NCBI GenBank assembly: GCA_949012915.1 | Contig: CARLBU010000004.1 | Location: forward strand, 79,314 to 124,416 | Reading direction: 5' to 3' | Length of the DNA: 45,103 nucleotides | From: an uncultured Lachnospiraceae bacterium | GTDB taxonomy: Bacteria > Bacillota > Clostridia > Lachnospirales > Lachnospiraceae | Part shown: positions 27,322 to 36,127 of the stretch, piece after piece | Numbering within the stretch: the stretch's first letter is position 1 | How the letters are laid out: each line of letters opens with the position of its first letter | Position numbers and translations under genes: made by a program | Notes under the pieces: generated by a model | What the model saw: the letters and a program-made list of their open reading frames with translations, nothing else | The model's database searches: none | What the model was told of the DNA's origin: nothing

Positions 27322-28029
27322 ATGAATCAATATATCGAACGTATTTATAACGGGATTATAAAAGAAAATCCTACTTTTGTTCTAATGCTTGGTATGTGTC
27401 CGACCTTGGCAGTAACCACCTCGGCAATGAATGGGCTTGGAATGGGGCTTTCTACTACAGTTGTGCTGATTTTATCCAATATGATTATTTCTATGCTTCG
27501 GAAGGTGATTCCAGATAAGGTAAGAATTCCGGCATTTATTGTAATTGTAGCTTCGTTTGTTACAATGCTGGAATTGATTATGGAAGCCTATATCTATTCA
27601 CTTTATCAGGCACTTGGAATTTATATTTCTTTAATTGTAGTAAATTGTATTATCTTGGGACGTGCAGAAGCGTATGCCTATAAAAATCCAGTGCTTCTTT
27701 CTGCCTGTGACGGAATCGGCATGGGACTGGGATTTACGGTTGGGCTTACTTTTATCGGTGCATTTCGGGAATGGATCGGTTCTGGTACGATCTTTGGTGC
27801 AGCTCTTACACCGGCTTCGTATGAACCAGTCAGTATTTTTATTATGGCACCTGGGGCATTTTTTGTACTTGCAGCATTAACTGCACTTCAAAATAAACTA
27901 AAATTAAAATCCGCTACCAATCAAAAGGGAACTGAAATTTCCTGCGGCGGAAATTGTGCAGCGTGTTCTGGAAATACCTGCCGGGCAAATCATGAAAAGA
28001 TTGAGAACCAGAAGGAAAATAGAAAATAA
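27322..28029 (+). CDS. rnfE: Rnf complex subunit E, with an unusual Cys-rich C-terminal tail
   Basis: RnfE/NqrD-family core (..MLGMCPTLAVTTSA..). The ~40-aa tail contains CGGNCAACSGNTC. Confidence 0.85.
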   Translation: MNQYIERIYNGIIKENPTFVLMLGMCPTLAVTTSAMNGLGMGLSTTVVLILSNMIISMLRKVIPDKVRIPAFIVIVASFVTMLELIMEAYIYSLYQALGIYISLIVVNCIILGRAEAYAYKNPVLLSACDGIGMGLGFTVGLTFIGAFREWIGSGTIFGAALTPASYEPVSIFIMAPGAFFVLAALTALQNKLKLKSATNQKGTEISCGGNCAACSGNTCRANHEKIENQKENRK

Positions 28030-28049
28030 AAAGAAAGGCGGAAAGCAGG

Positions 28050-28625
28050 ATGAAAGAATTACTGATTATTTTAATTAGTGCGGCACTGGTAAATAACGTT
28101 GTTCTCAGTCAGTTCTTAGGGCTTTGTCCTTTTTTGGGTGTTTCGAAAAAGGTAGATACTTCTATAGGAATGGGTGCAGCAGTTATCTTTGTTATTACAA
28201 TTGCTTCGGCTGTTACCAGTGTGATTTATACACAGGTGTTACAGCGGTTTCAATTAGAGTATCTGCAGACGATTGTATTTATTTTGGTGATTGCAGCGTT
28301 GGTGCAGTTTGTAGAAATTGTATTAAAGAAGGTAATGCCTGGGCTTTATCAGGCACTTGGCGTTTATCTGCCTTTGATTACAACAAACTGTGCGGTATTG
28401 GGAATTGCAATTATTAATGTACAGAAAGAATATGGCATTTTCAAAAGTATTATCAATGGTTTTGGTACGGCAGCAGGTTTTACAATAGCAATTGTAATTC
28501 TTGCCGGTATACGAGAGAGAAACGAGCACAACGATGTGCCGAAAGCATTTCAGGGTTCACCGATTCTTTTAATTACAGCCGGACTGATGGCAATGGCTTT
28601 TGTTGGATTTTCGGGTGTATTATAA
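28050..28625 (+). CDS. rnfA: Rnf complex subunit A
   Basis: RnfA/NqrE family (..NNVVLSQFLGLCPFLGVSKK..). Confidence 0.9.
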   Translation: MKELLIILISAALVNNVVLSQFLGLCPFLGVSKKVDTSIGMGAAVIFVITIASAVTSVIYTQVLQRFQLEYLQTIVFILVIAALVQFVEIVLKKVMPGLYQALGVYLPLITTNCAVLGIAIINVQKEYGIFKSIINGFGTAAGFTIAIVILAGIRERNEHNDVPKAFQGSPILLITAGLMAMAFVGFSGVL

Positions 28626-28643
28626 GAGAGGAGGATGGCAGGT

Positions 28644-29426
28644 ATGAATATTATAATTGCTACTGCGGTGGTCGGTATAACGGGATTGATTATCGGACTG
28701 GTATTGGGAATTGCCAATAAAAAGTTCGAAGTAGAAGTAGATGAAAGAGAAATTGCTGTGCGTGGATTTCTCCCTGGAAATAACTGTGGTGGCTGTGGTT
28801 ACGCCGGATGTGATGGACTGGCAGCTGCGATTGTAAAAGGCGAAGCTCCGGTAAACGGATGTCCGGTAGGAGGAGCCTCTGTAGCAGAACAGATCAGTGG
28901 TGTTATGGGGATTAGTGCCGGAGACAGTGAAAAACAAGTGGCTTTTGTAAAGTGTGTCGGAACTTGCGATAAAACGGAAAGAAAGTATCATTACTATGGG
29001 ATTCCAGACTGTAAGGAAGCGGTAATGGCTCCTGGACGCGGAGAGAAAGCATGTGCATTTGGATGCTTAGGATATGGATCTTGTGTAACGGCATGTCAGT
29101 TTGATGCGATTCATGTAGTAGATGGGGTAGCCGTAGTCGATAAAGAAAAATGCGTAGCTTGCGGAAAGTGCGTAGCAGCCTGTCCGAAACAGTTAATTGA
29201 ACTGGTACCTTATTCAGCAAAACATCTGGTACAGTGCTCTTCAAAAGAAAAAGGAAAAGCGGTAAAAGAGGCTTGCTCCGTAGGCTGTATCGGCTGTATG
29301 CTTTGTACAAAACAATGTGAAAGCGGTGCCATTACTGTAACACAGAATATCGCTCATATTGATTATGAGAAATGTACGAATTGCGGAAAATGTGCAGAAA
29401 AATGTCCAGTTAAGATTATATCTTAA
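28644..29426 (+). CDS. rnfB: Rnf complex subunit B (polyferredoxin)
   Basis: An N-terminal TM segment, then CGGCGYAGCDG and several CxxCxxCxxxCP ferredoxin motifs. The second ATG (MNIII..) has better SD spacing than the first. Confidence 0.9.
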   Translation: MNIIIATAVVGITGLIIGLVLGIANKKFEVEVDEREIAVRGFLPGNNCGGCGYAGCDGLAAAIVKGEAPVNGCPVGGASVAEQISGVMGISAGDSEKQVAFVKCVGTCDKTERKYHYYGIPDCKEAVMAPGRGEKACAFGCLGYGSCVTACQFDAIHVVDGVAVVDKEKCVACGKCVAACPKQLIELVPYSAKHLVQCSSKEKGKAVKEACSVGCIGCMLCTKQCESGAITVTQNIAHIDYEKCTNCGKCAEKCPVKIIS

Positions 29427-29486
29427 AAAGAGGATGTCTTACATTAGAAAAGACAAGGAATTTGATAAAAAGCCGTTTTTTAGTCA

Positions 29487-29583
29487 AAGGAAGTCCCCCC
29501 GCTGCTTTCTGGCTTAGAAGGGGGACTTCTTTGATAGGGTCAAATCGGATATTCGCAATCCGTTTTGTTACTTGCTCATAACC
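29487..29583. repeat. Family-3 repeat, copy 3: a GC-rich hairpin plus the module in inverted orientation
   Basis: aaggaagtccccccgctgctttctggcttagaagggggacttctttg is followed by gtcaaatcggatattcgcaatccgttttgttacttgctcataacct, which is the reverse complement of the module seen at 7782-7828. It lies downstream of rnfB. Confidence 0.7.
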
Positions 29584-29698
29584 TATACTGAAATCGAATG
29601 GGATATCGGTTCTAAATTTTTTTATACTTAGAATCGGCATCCTATTTTATTTAAAAACCTACTTTGAATCAGATTATTAGTAATAAGGAGAAAAGAAT

Positions 29699-30583
29699 AT
29701 GCAAAACAAACAATATGGTGAGAAATTGGCGACTGGAGGAATATTAGTGGCTTTAGCTTTTATTTTTAGCTATTTAGAGTCTCTGTTTCCTGTGCTTATC
29801 CCTATACCCGGAATAAAACTTGGATTGGCAAATCTGGTTACAGTAATTGCTCTCTATACAATAGGAGAAAAAGCCGCTTTTTTTATTTCTATTCTTCGGA
29901 TCTTACTGAGCGGTTTTGCATTTAGCGGGATATTTCCTATGATTTATGGGTTATCTGGAGGAATCCTTAGTTTTTTAGGAATGGTTTTTTTAAAGCAAAA
30001 AAAATGCTGCAGCCTATATGGCATTAGTATGGCAGGAGGAGCACTGCACAATATCGGACAGATAGGAATAGCAGCCATTGTACTAAAAAGCAGCAGTATT
30101 TTTACTTATTTGGGAATTTTGCTGCCCGCAGGTGTTCTGACAGGAGGAGTCATTGGAGTAATTGCTTCTAAGGTTTTGCAAAGTTTAAAAGGGCAGCACA
30201 ATCAGCAAAAGATAGGGATATTAGACGGAACAATAGGGCTTGGCTTTGTCTTAATAGGAGGACTGGTACTTGGCGGAGTCGAACTTGCAAAGAGAGAGGG
30301 AGAGGGTGTTATAGTTTATAAAGATGCATCTTTTTATCAAGAATATCCGCTTTCTCAGGACGGGGTTTATCGGCTCGATTGGGGAAATGGAAACTATACG
30401 ATATTAACAATACAGAATAAAACAGCCTTTATCAGTGAATCCTCTTGTCCCGATTTACTCTGTGTAAAAGAACGGGCAATCTCTAGAACACAAGAAAGAA
30501 TCGTTTGTCTGCCTAATCGAGTAGAAGTTTTTATTTCTACTGCAAAAGAAGGGGAAAATGGACTAGATGCAATAGTGGAATAA
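29699..30583 (+). CDS. Gx-transporter-family (Hpre_diP_synt_I-like) membrane protein fused to a C-terminal NusG_II (DUF1312) domain
   Basis: The N-terminus has ~5 TM helices (..GGILVALAFIFSYLESLFP..). The C-terminus (..DGVYRLDWGNGNYTILTIQNKTAFISESSCPDLLCVKERAISRTQERIVCLPNRVEVFI..) has the NusG domain-II-like pattern. Confidence 0.55.
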   Translation: MQNKQYGEKLATGGILVALAFIFSYLESLFPVLIPIPGIKLGLANLVTVIALYTIGEKAAFFISILRILLSGFAFSGIFPMIYGLSGGILSFLGMVFLKQKKCCSLYGISMAGGALHNIGQIGIAAIVLKSSSIFTYLGILLPAGVLTGGVIGVIASKVLQSLKGQHNQQKIGILDGTIGLGFVLIGGLVLGGVELAKREGEGVIVYKDASFYQEYPLSQDGVYRLDWGNGNYTILTIQNKTAFISESSCPDLLCVKERAISRTQERIVCLPNRVEVFISTAKEGENGLDAIVE

Positions 30584-30656
30584 AAAAAGCTTGCTATTTA
30601 AAAAAAATAGGTATAAAGTGGTGAAGAATGATACAGACGAAAGAAGGACAAACGAG

Positions 30657-31982
30657 ATGAAAGATTTAACAGAGGGAAAACCGCTTTATGTATTGTGGAA
30701 TTTTTCAATACCAATGTTTATCAGTGTAATTTTTCAGCAGCTTTATAATATTGCGGACAGCGTAATTGCTGGAAAATTTGCAGGAGAGGATGCACTGGCA
30801 GCAGTAGGAGCTTCCTATCCCATTACGATGATCTTTATGGCGATTGCTATTGGAAGCAATATTGGATGTGCCGTTGTCATTTCTCAGCTATATGGAGCAA
30901 AGCAGTATGGAATGATGAAAACCGCCATCTTTACCACTTTAGTTGCTTCAGCAGGTTTATCTATATTGTTAATGGGAGCAGGTTTGATGGGGACACGCAG
31001 TTTAATGGAGATGATCCGCACACCAAGCAATATTTTTGAAGAGGGTGCCGTCTATCTTAGAATTTACATTGCTGGATTTTTATTTTTATATCTTTATAAT
31101 GTAGGAACTGGTATTTTTACTTCTCTTGGAGATTCTAAAACACCGCTTTACTTTTTAATCGGCTCTTCCCTTGGAAATATTGTACTAGATTATCTATTTG
31201 TTGCTGTTTTTCAATGGGGCGTACCCGGAGTAGCTTGGGCAACTTTTTTAGCACAGGGAATTGCCTGTGTATTTGCCCTATGGACATTGAATAAAAAAAT
31301 AAGAAACATTCACGGAGAAGGAACGGTACTGTTTTCATGGAATATGTTAAAAAAAATTGGTGCCATTGCGGTTCCAAGTATTTTACAGCAGAGTTTTGTT
31401 TCGATTGGAAATATTTTTATTCAAAGTTTGATTAATGGATTTGGATCTTCTGTAATAGCTGGCTATTCTGCTGCTATTAAATTAAATACATTTGCGATTA
31501 CCAGTTTTACTACATTGGGAAATGGAATTTCTAGTTTTACGGCACAAAATCTTGGGGCGGGAAAATTAAAACGAATAAAAGAAGGACTGCGTGCGGGAAT
31601 GGGGATCGGTGTGTTGGCGGCACTGCCTTTTCTGGTTTGTTTTTTTGGATTTGGAGGGCAGATGATGGGGCTTTTTTTAAAGGATGAAAGTGCACAGGCG
31701 ATGAAAACAGGTGTGGAGTTTTTGCGGATTGTCTCTCCTTTTTATCTGGTAATTTCTATTAAATTAGCGGCTGACGGAGTACTTCGGGGAACCGGACAGA
31801 TGCGGATGTTTATGTTGTCTACTTTTACAGATTTGATTCTTCGGGTGATTCTCGCTTATCTGTTTGCTTATCTTGGCGGAGTAACGGCAGTATGGCTGTC
31901 TTGGCCGATTGGGTGGACAATTGCTATGGTGCTTTCTGGAGGATTTGCTTGGAAAGTAATTCGAGAATATTCTTTTTTATAA
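30657..31982 (+). CDS. MATE-family efflux transporter
   Basis: 12 TM; the typical MATE N-terminus is MKDLTEGKPLYVLWNFSIPMFISVIFQQLYNIADSVIAGKF. The first ATG in the ORF is at 30591; start 30657 is chosen because it gives the typical MATE N-terminus. Confidence 0.85.
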   Translation: MKDLTEGKPLYVLWNFSIPMFISVIFQQLYNIADSVIAGKFAGEDALAAVGASYPITMIFMAIAIGSNIGCAVVISQLYGAKQYGMMKTAIFTTLVASAGLSILLMGAGLMGTRSLMEMIRTPSNIFEEGAVYLRIYIAGFLFLYLYNVGTGIFTSLGDSKTPLYFLIGSSLGNIVLDYLFVAVFQWGVPGVAWATFLAQGIACVFALWTLNKKIRNIHGEGTVLFSWNMLKKIGAIAVPSILQQSFVSIGNIFIQSLINGFGSSVIAGYSAAIKLNTFAITSFTTLGNGISSFTAQNLGAGKLKRIKEGLRAGMGIGVLAALPFLVCFFGFGGQMMGLFLKDESAQAMKTGVEFLRIVSPFYLVISIKLAADGVLRGTGQMRMFMLSTFTDLILRVILAYLFAYLGGVTAVWLSWPIGWTIAMVLSGGFAWKVIREYSFL

Positions 31983-32010
31983 TAAAATTAAAAAATTTTT
32001 AGTTTTAAGA

Positions 32011-32038
32011 TTGACATATTGTAAAAATTAGGTATACT
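32011..32038 (+). promoter_or_regulatory. Sigma-A-type promoter TTGACA-16-TATACT for the antiporter leader
   Basis: Consensus hexamers about 225 nt upstream of the antiporter start codon. Confidence 0.5.
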
Positions 32039-32047
32039 TAAGATAGT

Positions 32048-32175
32048 TGAAAGGGAGTAGTTATCATTGTACAGTCAACATCCCCCGATTTGTTATCGTG
32101 GCTGTACAACTTTCTGAGAGATAGAAAGGGACAAGACTTTTGGCATATTATATGCAAAAGTTTTGTCCCTTTTTG
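32048..32175 (+). ncRNA. Structured 5' leader ending in an intrinsic terminator. Candidate metal-sensing riboswitch, possibly yybP-ykoY-like.
   Basis: AAAGGGAGTAG at the leader 5' end resembles the conserved GGGGAGUAG motif of the yybP-ykoY riboswitch, as far as I recall it. A P1-like stem TTGTACAG...CTGTACAA is present. The terminator GGGACAAGACTTTTG-loop-CAAAAGTTTTGTCCC plus TTTTTG lies at 32128-32175, followed by a cation antiporter gene. Confidence 0.35.
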
Positions 32176-32262
32176 TGGTTGCAGAATAATCGCTGCTTTC
32201 ATAACACAAAATAGGAATAGTAAATCTGGTAAAAATTCAAAGGAAAAAAGGAGGAAGAAAAA

Positions 32263-33201
32263 ATGGAAGTATTATTGCAGATGGGATTGTTGGTATTGGG
32301 ATTTGTAATGTTAATTAAAGGGGCTGACTGGTTTGTAGACGGGGTATCTGGAATTGCGGAGAAATTCGGAATTCCGCAGTTAGTAATTGGGCTTACGATT
32401 GTAGCGATGGGAACAAGTGCACCGGAGGCGGCAGTTAGTATTACCGCAGCTATGAAGGGAAATGCCGGAATTACAATTGGAAATGTGGTAGGAAGCAATA
32501 TTATGAATGTATTAGTGATTCTTGGAATTACTTCTGTTATTACAGCAATTGCGGTGCAGAAATCTACGATTCGGATTGAACTGCCTTTTATGATTGGAGT
32601 TTCGGCTGTACTTTTGGTCTGCGGAATGAGCGGAGGTATGATTACCCGTGTGGAAGGGGTTTTGCTTTGGGGATTTTTTCTTGTCTATCTTGGATATTTG
32701 TTTCAGGCTGCAAAGCAGGGAATGGCAGAGCAGGAGTCAGAAGAAGAAAAACAGGAGCGGATGGGGAAGCTGCTTCTTACCGGTTTGATTGGAATGGTGC
32801 TGATTATTGTGGGGAGTGATGTGACAGTGGATGCGGCTAATCGGCTTGCAGCTATTTTTGGAATGAGTGAGCGGTTAATTGGGCTTACGATTGTGGCTTT
32901 TGGAACTTCACTTCCAGAATTGGTTACTTCGGTGATTGCGGCACGGAAGGGAAAGGCAGATATTGCAGTTGGAAATATTGTGGGGAGCAATATTTTTAAT
33001 ATTTTATTTGTAGTCGGGACTACGGCTTTGATTGTACCAGTGCCGTTTGCTTTGGAATTTTTGGTGGATGGCGTTGTTGCTATATTGGCTGGGATTTTGC
33101 TTTGGGTGTGTGTATTTCGAAAAATGCGGCTGGAGCGGTTTGGAGGAGTAGTGATGTTAGTTGGATATTTGGTTTATTTTGGGTATTTGCTGGTGAAATA
33201 G
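32263..33201 (+). CDS. Ca2+/Na+ antiporter (CaCA / YrbG family)
   Basis: Two alpha-repeat motifs, GTSAPEAAVS and GTSLPELVTS, in ~10 TM helices. Confidence 0.85.
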   Translation: MEVLLQMGLLVLGFVMLIKGADWFVDGVSGIAEKFGIPQLVIGLTIVAMGTSAPEAAVSITAAMKGNAGITIGNVVGSNIMNVLVILGITSVITAIAVQKSTIRIELPFMIGVSAVLLVCGMSGGMITRVEGVLLWGFFLVYLGYLFQAAKQGMAEQESEEEKQERMGKLLLTGLIGMVLIIVGSDVTVDAANRLAAIFGMSERLIGLTIVAFGTSLPELVTSVIAARKGKADIAVGNIVGSNIFNILFVVGTTALIVPVPFALEFLVDGVVAILAGILLWVCVFRKMRLERFGGVVMLVGYLVYFGYLLVK

Positions 33202-33287
33202 GGGACATGTTGAAAGGGAGGGGAGCGGAGAGGAAGTTTTATGTTTTATGGCTGGAATAAAGAGTGGGGTGTGTCAAGACGGACGCT

Positions 33288-33527
33288 AGAGTTGGGAAGC
33301 AATATCTTTCTGTTGTTCCGCTCTACGGAAAGTAAGAAAATCTAAGGCTTCTGCATTTACCTGTATCCAACCGGACGGACCGGGGTGCAATTCGCCCGTA
33401 CAACGGGCTAAACACACCCCTTTTTTTGCCATTCGAGAATGGCAAAAAATCCTAGAGATCGACAGAAGCCTAAGATTTTCTAACTTTCCTCCGAAGTCAC
33501 AACAGAAAGATATTGCTTCCCAACTCT
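33288..33527. repeat. Family-2 repeat, copy 2. Same terminator-bearing core as copy 1, with different, perfectly inverted 29-bp arms.
   Basis: Arms agagttgggaagcaatatctttctgtt and aacagaaagatattgcttcccaactct are exact reverse complements and unrelated to the copy-1 arms. The core is >90% identical to 7275-7465. Confidence 0.8.
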
Positions 33528-33647
33528 GGCTGTTTTCTGCTGCTTGTAATATTTTGTATCTTGCCTGTTCCTCCTGTGCTTTTTGCTGGCAGGGGCAGAG
33601 GCAGTGGGGCATAAAATAGTTGAAACCGCCGAACCTCGGCACAATGG

Positions 33648-33752
33648 TCTGGCGGCTTAGAAGCGGGGACTTCCTTGATGAGGTTATGAGCAAGTAGCGA
33701 AGCGGATTGCGAATATCCGATTTGACTTTCGTATCTTTCCGTATTCGCAATC
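33648..33752 (+). repeat. Family-3 repeat, copy 2 (3' half of the hairpin only, plus the module and a downstream hairpin)
   Basis: tggcggcttagaagcggggacttccttg-atg-aggttatgagcaagtagcgaagcggattgcgaatatccgatttgac, followed by ..tattcgcaatc, which pairs with gattgcgaata. Confidence 0.7.
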
Positions 33753-33813
33753 TTGTTTTATTTCCGTAAACAGGGCAATGTACCCATTCAAATCATTCTA
33801 TACCAATATCCCT

Positions 33814-34416
33814 CTAATTTTCTAAACTTTTAAAAAAGTTTACGGCAAGTAAACCTATCATGCAGACAAATATTCCCGTTGGGAGTAATACAAGAAAAAC
33901 GGCATTGCTAAATTTATCAAACAATATTCCGTAAACCATTTGCCCTAACGGTTGGGCACACATAGAAATAGTAGCGATATATGCCATCACTTTTCCCGTT
34001 AAATGGTTAGGGGTTCTTTGCTGTATCATAGAGAGAGCAAAAATAGAAAAAATGCAAGCGGCAATCTGCATACCACAAAACGAAATAATATTGACAATGT
34101 ATCGTGTAATTGCTGTTGTTGGAAGAAGAAAAATAATGCCCGCCGGAAAAAGAAATACTCCAAGAACAACAACTACGATTGATAGTTTTCCGGGTTTCAT
34201 TTTCTCTGTTAATAGTCCGGCTGCAATGCTCCCAATGATTGCAGCTAATCCCAACGCACTTTCTACAAAACCATAATATTCAGCATTTAAGCTCAGTACA
34301 TTCCGCACAATATAAGGCAGACTTACTATAGCTGTTCCCATTACAAAAAAACTAACCGATGTGCTTAAAAGCAACATTTTTAAAATACAGGACTGTTCTT
34401 TGCCTATAAATCGCAT
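33814..34416 (-). CDS. MFS-like membrane protein, 6-TM C-terminal half. The upstream frame stays open ~255 nt with no ATG/GTG/TTG start.
   Basis: A 200-aa, 6-TM ORF. The same frame continues upstream through another TM-like stretch (..LYAGVLCFFVTAVFECFI..) to a TGA near 34670 without an in-frame start codon. It may be a truncated or decayed transporter gene. Confidence 0.4.
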   Translation of the reverse strand: MRFIGKEQSCILKMLLLSTSVSFFVMGTAIVSLPYIVRNVLSLNAEYYGFVESALGLAAIIGSIAAGLLTEKMKPGKLSIVVVVLGVFLFPAGIIFLLPTTAITRYIVNIISFCGMQIAACIFSIFALSMIQQRTPNHLTGKVMAYIATISMCAQPLGQMVYGILFDKFSNAVFLVLLPTGIFVCMIGLLAVNFFKSLEN

Positions 34417-34800
34417 ACTTGTTAGAAAATCACTTTTGATAATGGATAAAAGACCTTTACTGTTATCTATTGGTATGTATTCCAGCTTAATAAAACATTC
34501 AAATACCGCCGTAACAAAAAAGCATAAAACTCCTGCATACAGATATGAATTTGCGTTATTTGATACAATCGTCTTGCACAGAAAATCAGAAAAAGGGCAG
34601 AAATAAAGGCTTTCGGTACAGTCAAGTGTACAGATGCCTTTATTCGATTTTAGAGGATGTGTGAAATATCAAAGTTGGCAAAGAATAGTTGCACCCTTCC
34701 GATTTCGCTTTGTACCCTCTATTGAGAGGCAAAATCAAAAAGTATAAATTGGCATAAAAAAGAAATCCTGTTGGTTCTGAAAAATAGAATCAACGGGATT

Positions 34801-35103
34801 TTACATTGTTTTCATAAGGTCGAGCAGAAGTCTTTTCTGTTCATCGGTCAGCGGATTCCATCTGGAAAACAGGATGCGCTGCTCATCGGTCATTTGCATC
34901 GGTTCATCCCCTTCAGCAAAAAACTGCACCAAGGTTATGCCAAATGCCCTGCAGACCGATTCCAGAGTAGGAAGCGTTGGCGCATTATTTCTGTTGAACA
35001 TATTTGTAACCGTGGAGTGGGAGAGGTTTGCCTCTTTTGCCAAGCGGTAATCTGTCCAGCCCCTTTCCTCCATCAACTCCTTAATGCGTTTCTGCACATC
35101 CAT
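34801..35103 (-). CDS. XRE-family HTH transcriptional regulator
   Basis: Begins MDVQKRIKELMEERGWTDYRLAKEANLSHSTVTNMFNR.. (HTH_3) after the SD aggtga. The ORF is open to 35196, but the internal start has the SD. Confidence 0.7.
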   Translation of the reverse strand: MDVQKRIKELMEERGWTDYRLAKEANLSHSTVTNMFNRNNAPTLPTLESVCRAFGITLVQFFAEGDEPMQMTDEQRILFSRWNPLTDEQKRLLLDLMKTM

Positions 35104-35257
35104 TTCTATCACCTGCCAATCTGTAACTATTATAATTCCCAAAAGGGTGCTATAATAGTCACGATTGGTAGATAGGAAATCCCCCAAAAAGGACATACCG
35201 AATTATAGTTTGGTAGCCATTTGGGGAAGATATTCATATCTGAGGAGGCAGAAAGTT

Positions 35258-35503
35258 ATGGAAGAACATATTTTTGAGCGTTTTGCCCGTGAACGTGGGA
35301 TTACAGTTGAAGAAATGAGGGCGATTATTTCGGCACGGATAGAGCGGGGCTGGAATGACCCCGACCCGGAGAAACGGATGCAATGGAGAAAAATCCCATG
35401 TATCGGGGAAATTCCGACACCGGATGAGTGGCTGAAATATGCTGTAGAAAGATTGAAAGGGGAAGGGAGGGAAGATTTATTGCGTTGGTATCCAAATCTT
35501 TAA
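35258..35503 (+). CDS. Small hypothetical protein (81 aa), divergent from the XRE regulator
   Basis: A strong SD gaggagg sits 7 nt upstream of MEEHIFERFARERGITVEEMRA... No family recognised. The ORF-track ORF begins at 35165. Confidence 0.45.
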   Translation: MEEHIFERFARERGITVEEMRAIISARIERGWNDPDPEKRMQWRKIPCIGEIPTPDEWLKYAVERLKGEGREDLLRWYPNL

Positions 35504-35862
35504 TGCGTCTTTAATTCTGTTGCTTCAAATGATACTTTCGGCATGGCCGCCGGAGCGTTTTCTTCTGCCGTGGCTTCCTGCTCTGCTGCGGCTTTCGCTG
35601 CCGCTTTGGCCACGACCTTCTTGGCCCGTGTCATTTTTGTTCTCGGCTCCGGGAATACCTCCGGCAGTACGCCCTGCGCATAGCTGATTTCAAAAGTGAT
35701 TTTGCCGTCCTCCGGTACGTTGAAATGAAAGTCCAGCATTTCCACCTCTTTGAGCATATCCGGCAGGTCAATGTTCTTGTACCGTTTTACTTCCTGTCCC
35801 TCTACCATAAGGCATACCGGAACCGCGTCCCTCAATTTTGCTGTGATTTTTCCTGTCTTCAT
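35500..35862 (-). CDS. Hypothetical protein with a Lys/Ala-rich C-terminal tail
   Basis: Begins MKTGKITAKLRDAVPV.. after the SD aaaggtgg. The C-terminus is ..KMTRAKKVVAKAAAKAAAEQEATAEENAPAAMPK... The ORF is open to 36027. Confidence 0.45.
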   Translation of the reverse strand: MKTGKITAKLRDAVPVCLMVEGQEVKRYKNIDLPDMLKEVEMLDFHFNVPEDGKITFEISYAQGVLPEVFPEPRTKMTRAKKVVAKAAAKAAAEQEATAEENAPAAMPKVSFEATELKTH

Positions 35863-36057
35863 AATGTTTTCCACCTTTCGTTTTGTTTGTGTTTTTGTAC
35901 TGGCTGCTTGCCTTGTGAGTGACAGCTTACACATTTTCGGTGGAAAGACAAGGCTTTTTCTGAAGAAATTGTTGTTTTTACTGTTGCAAACATTAAGAAA
36001 ATTAGCGCGACAGGTCGGGAGCAGCATAAAAATTTACAAATATGTAATATCCTTAGA

Positions 36058-36086
36058 CTTGACATGATATGGCGAACGTGATAATA
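36058..36086 (+). promoter_or_regulatory. Sigma-A-type promoter TTGACA-17-TAATAT upstream of the MarR gene
   Basis: Consensus hexamers. A palindrome TTACAaatatGTAA lies just upstream and may be an operator. Confidence 0.45.
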
Positions 36087-36127
36087 TAGTCTTGATTTCG
36101 GACTGTATGAAGAAAGGATAAATTCTT

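Noticed and set aside
33286-33750. 154-aa minus-strand ORF spanning the family-2 and family-3 repeats
   Set aside because: It runs through terminator hairpins and repeat arms. There is no SD and no homology. It is an artefact of repeat sequence.
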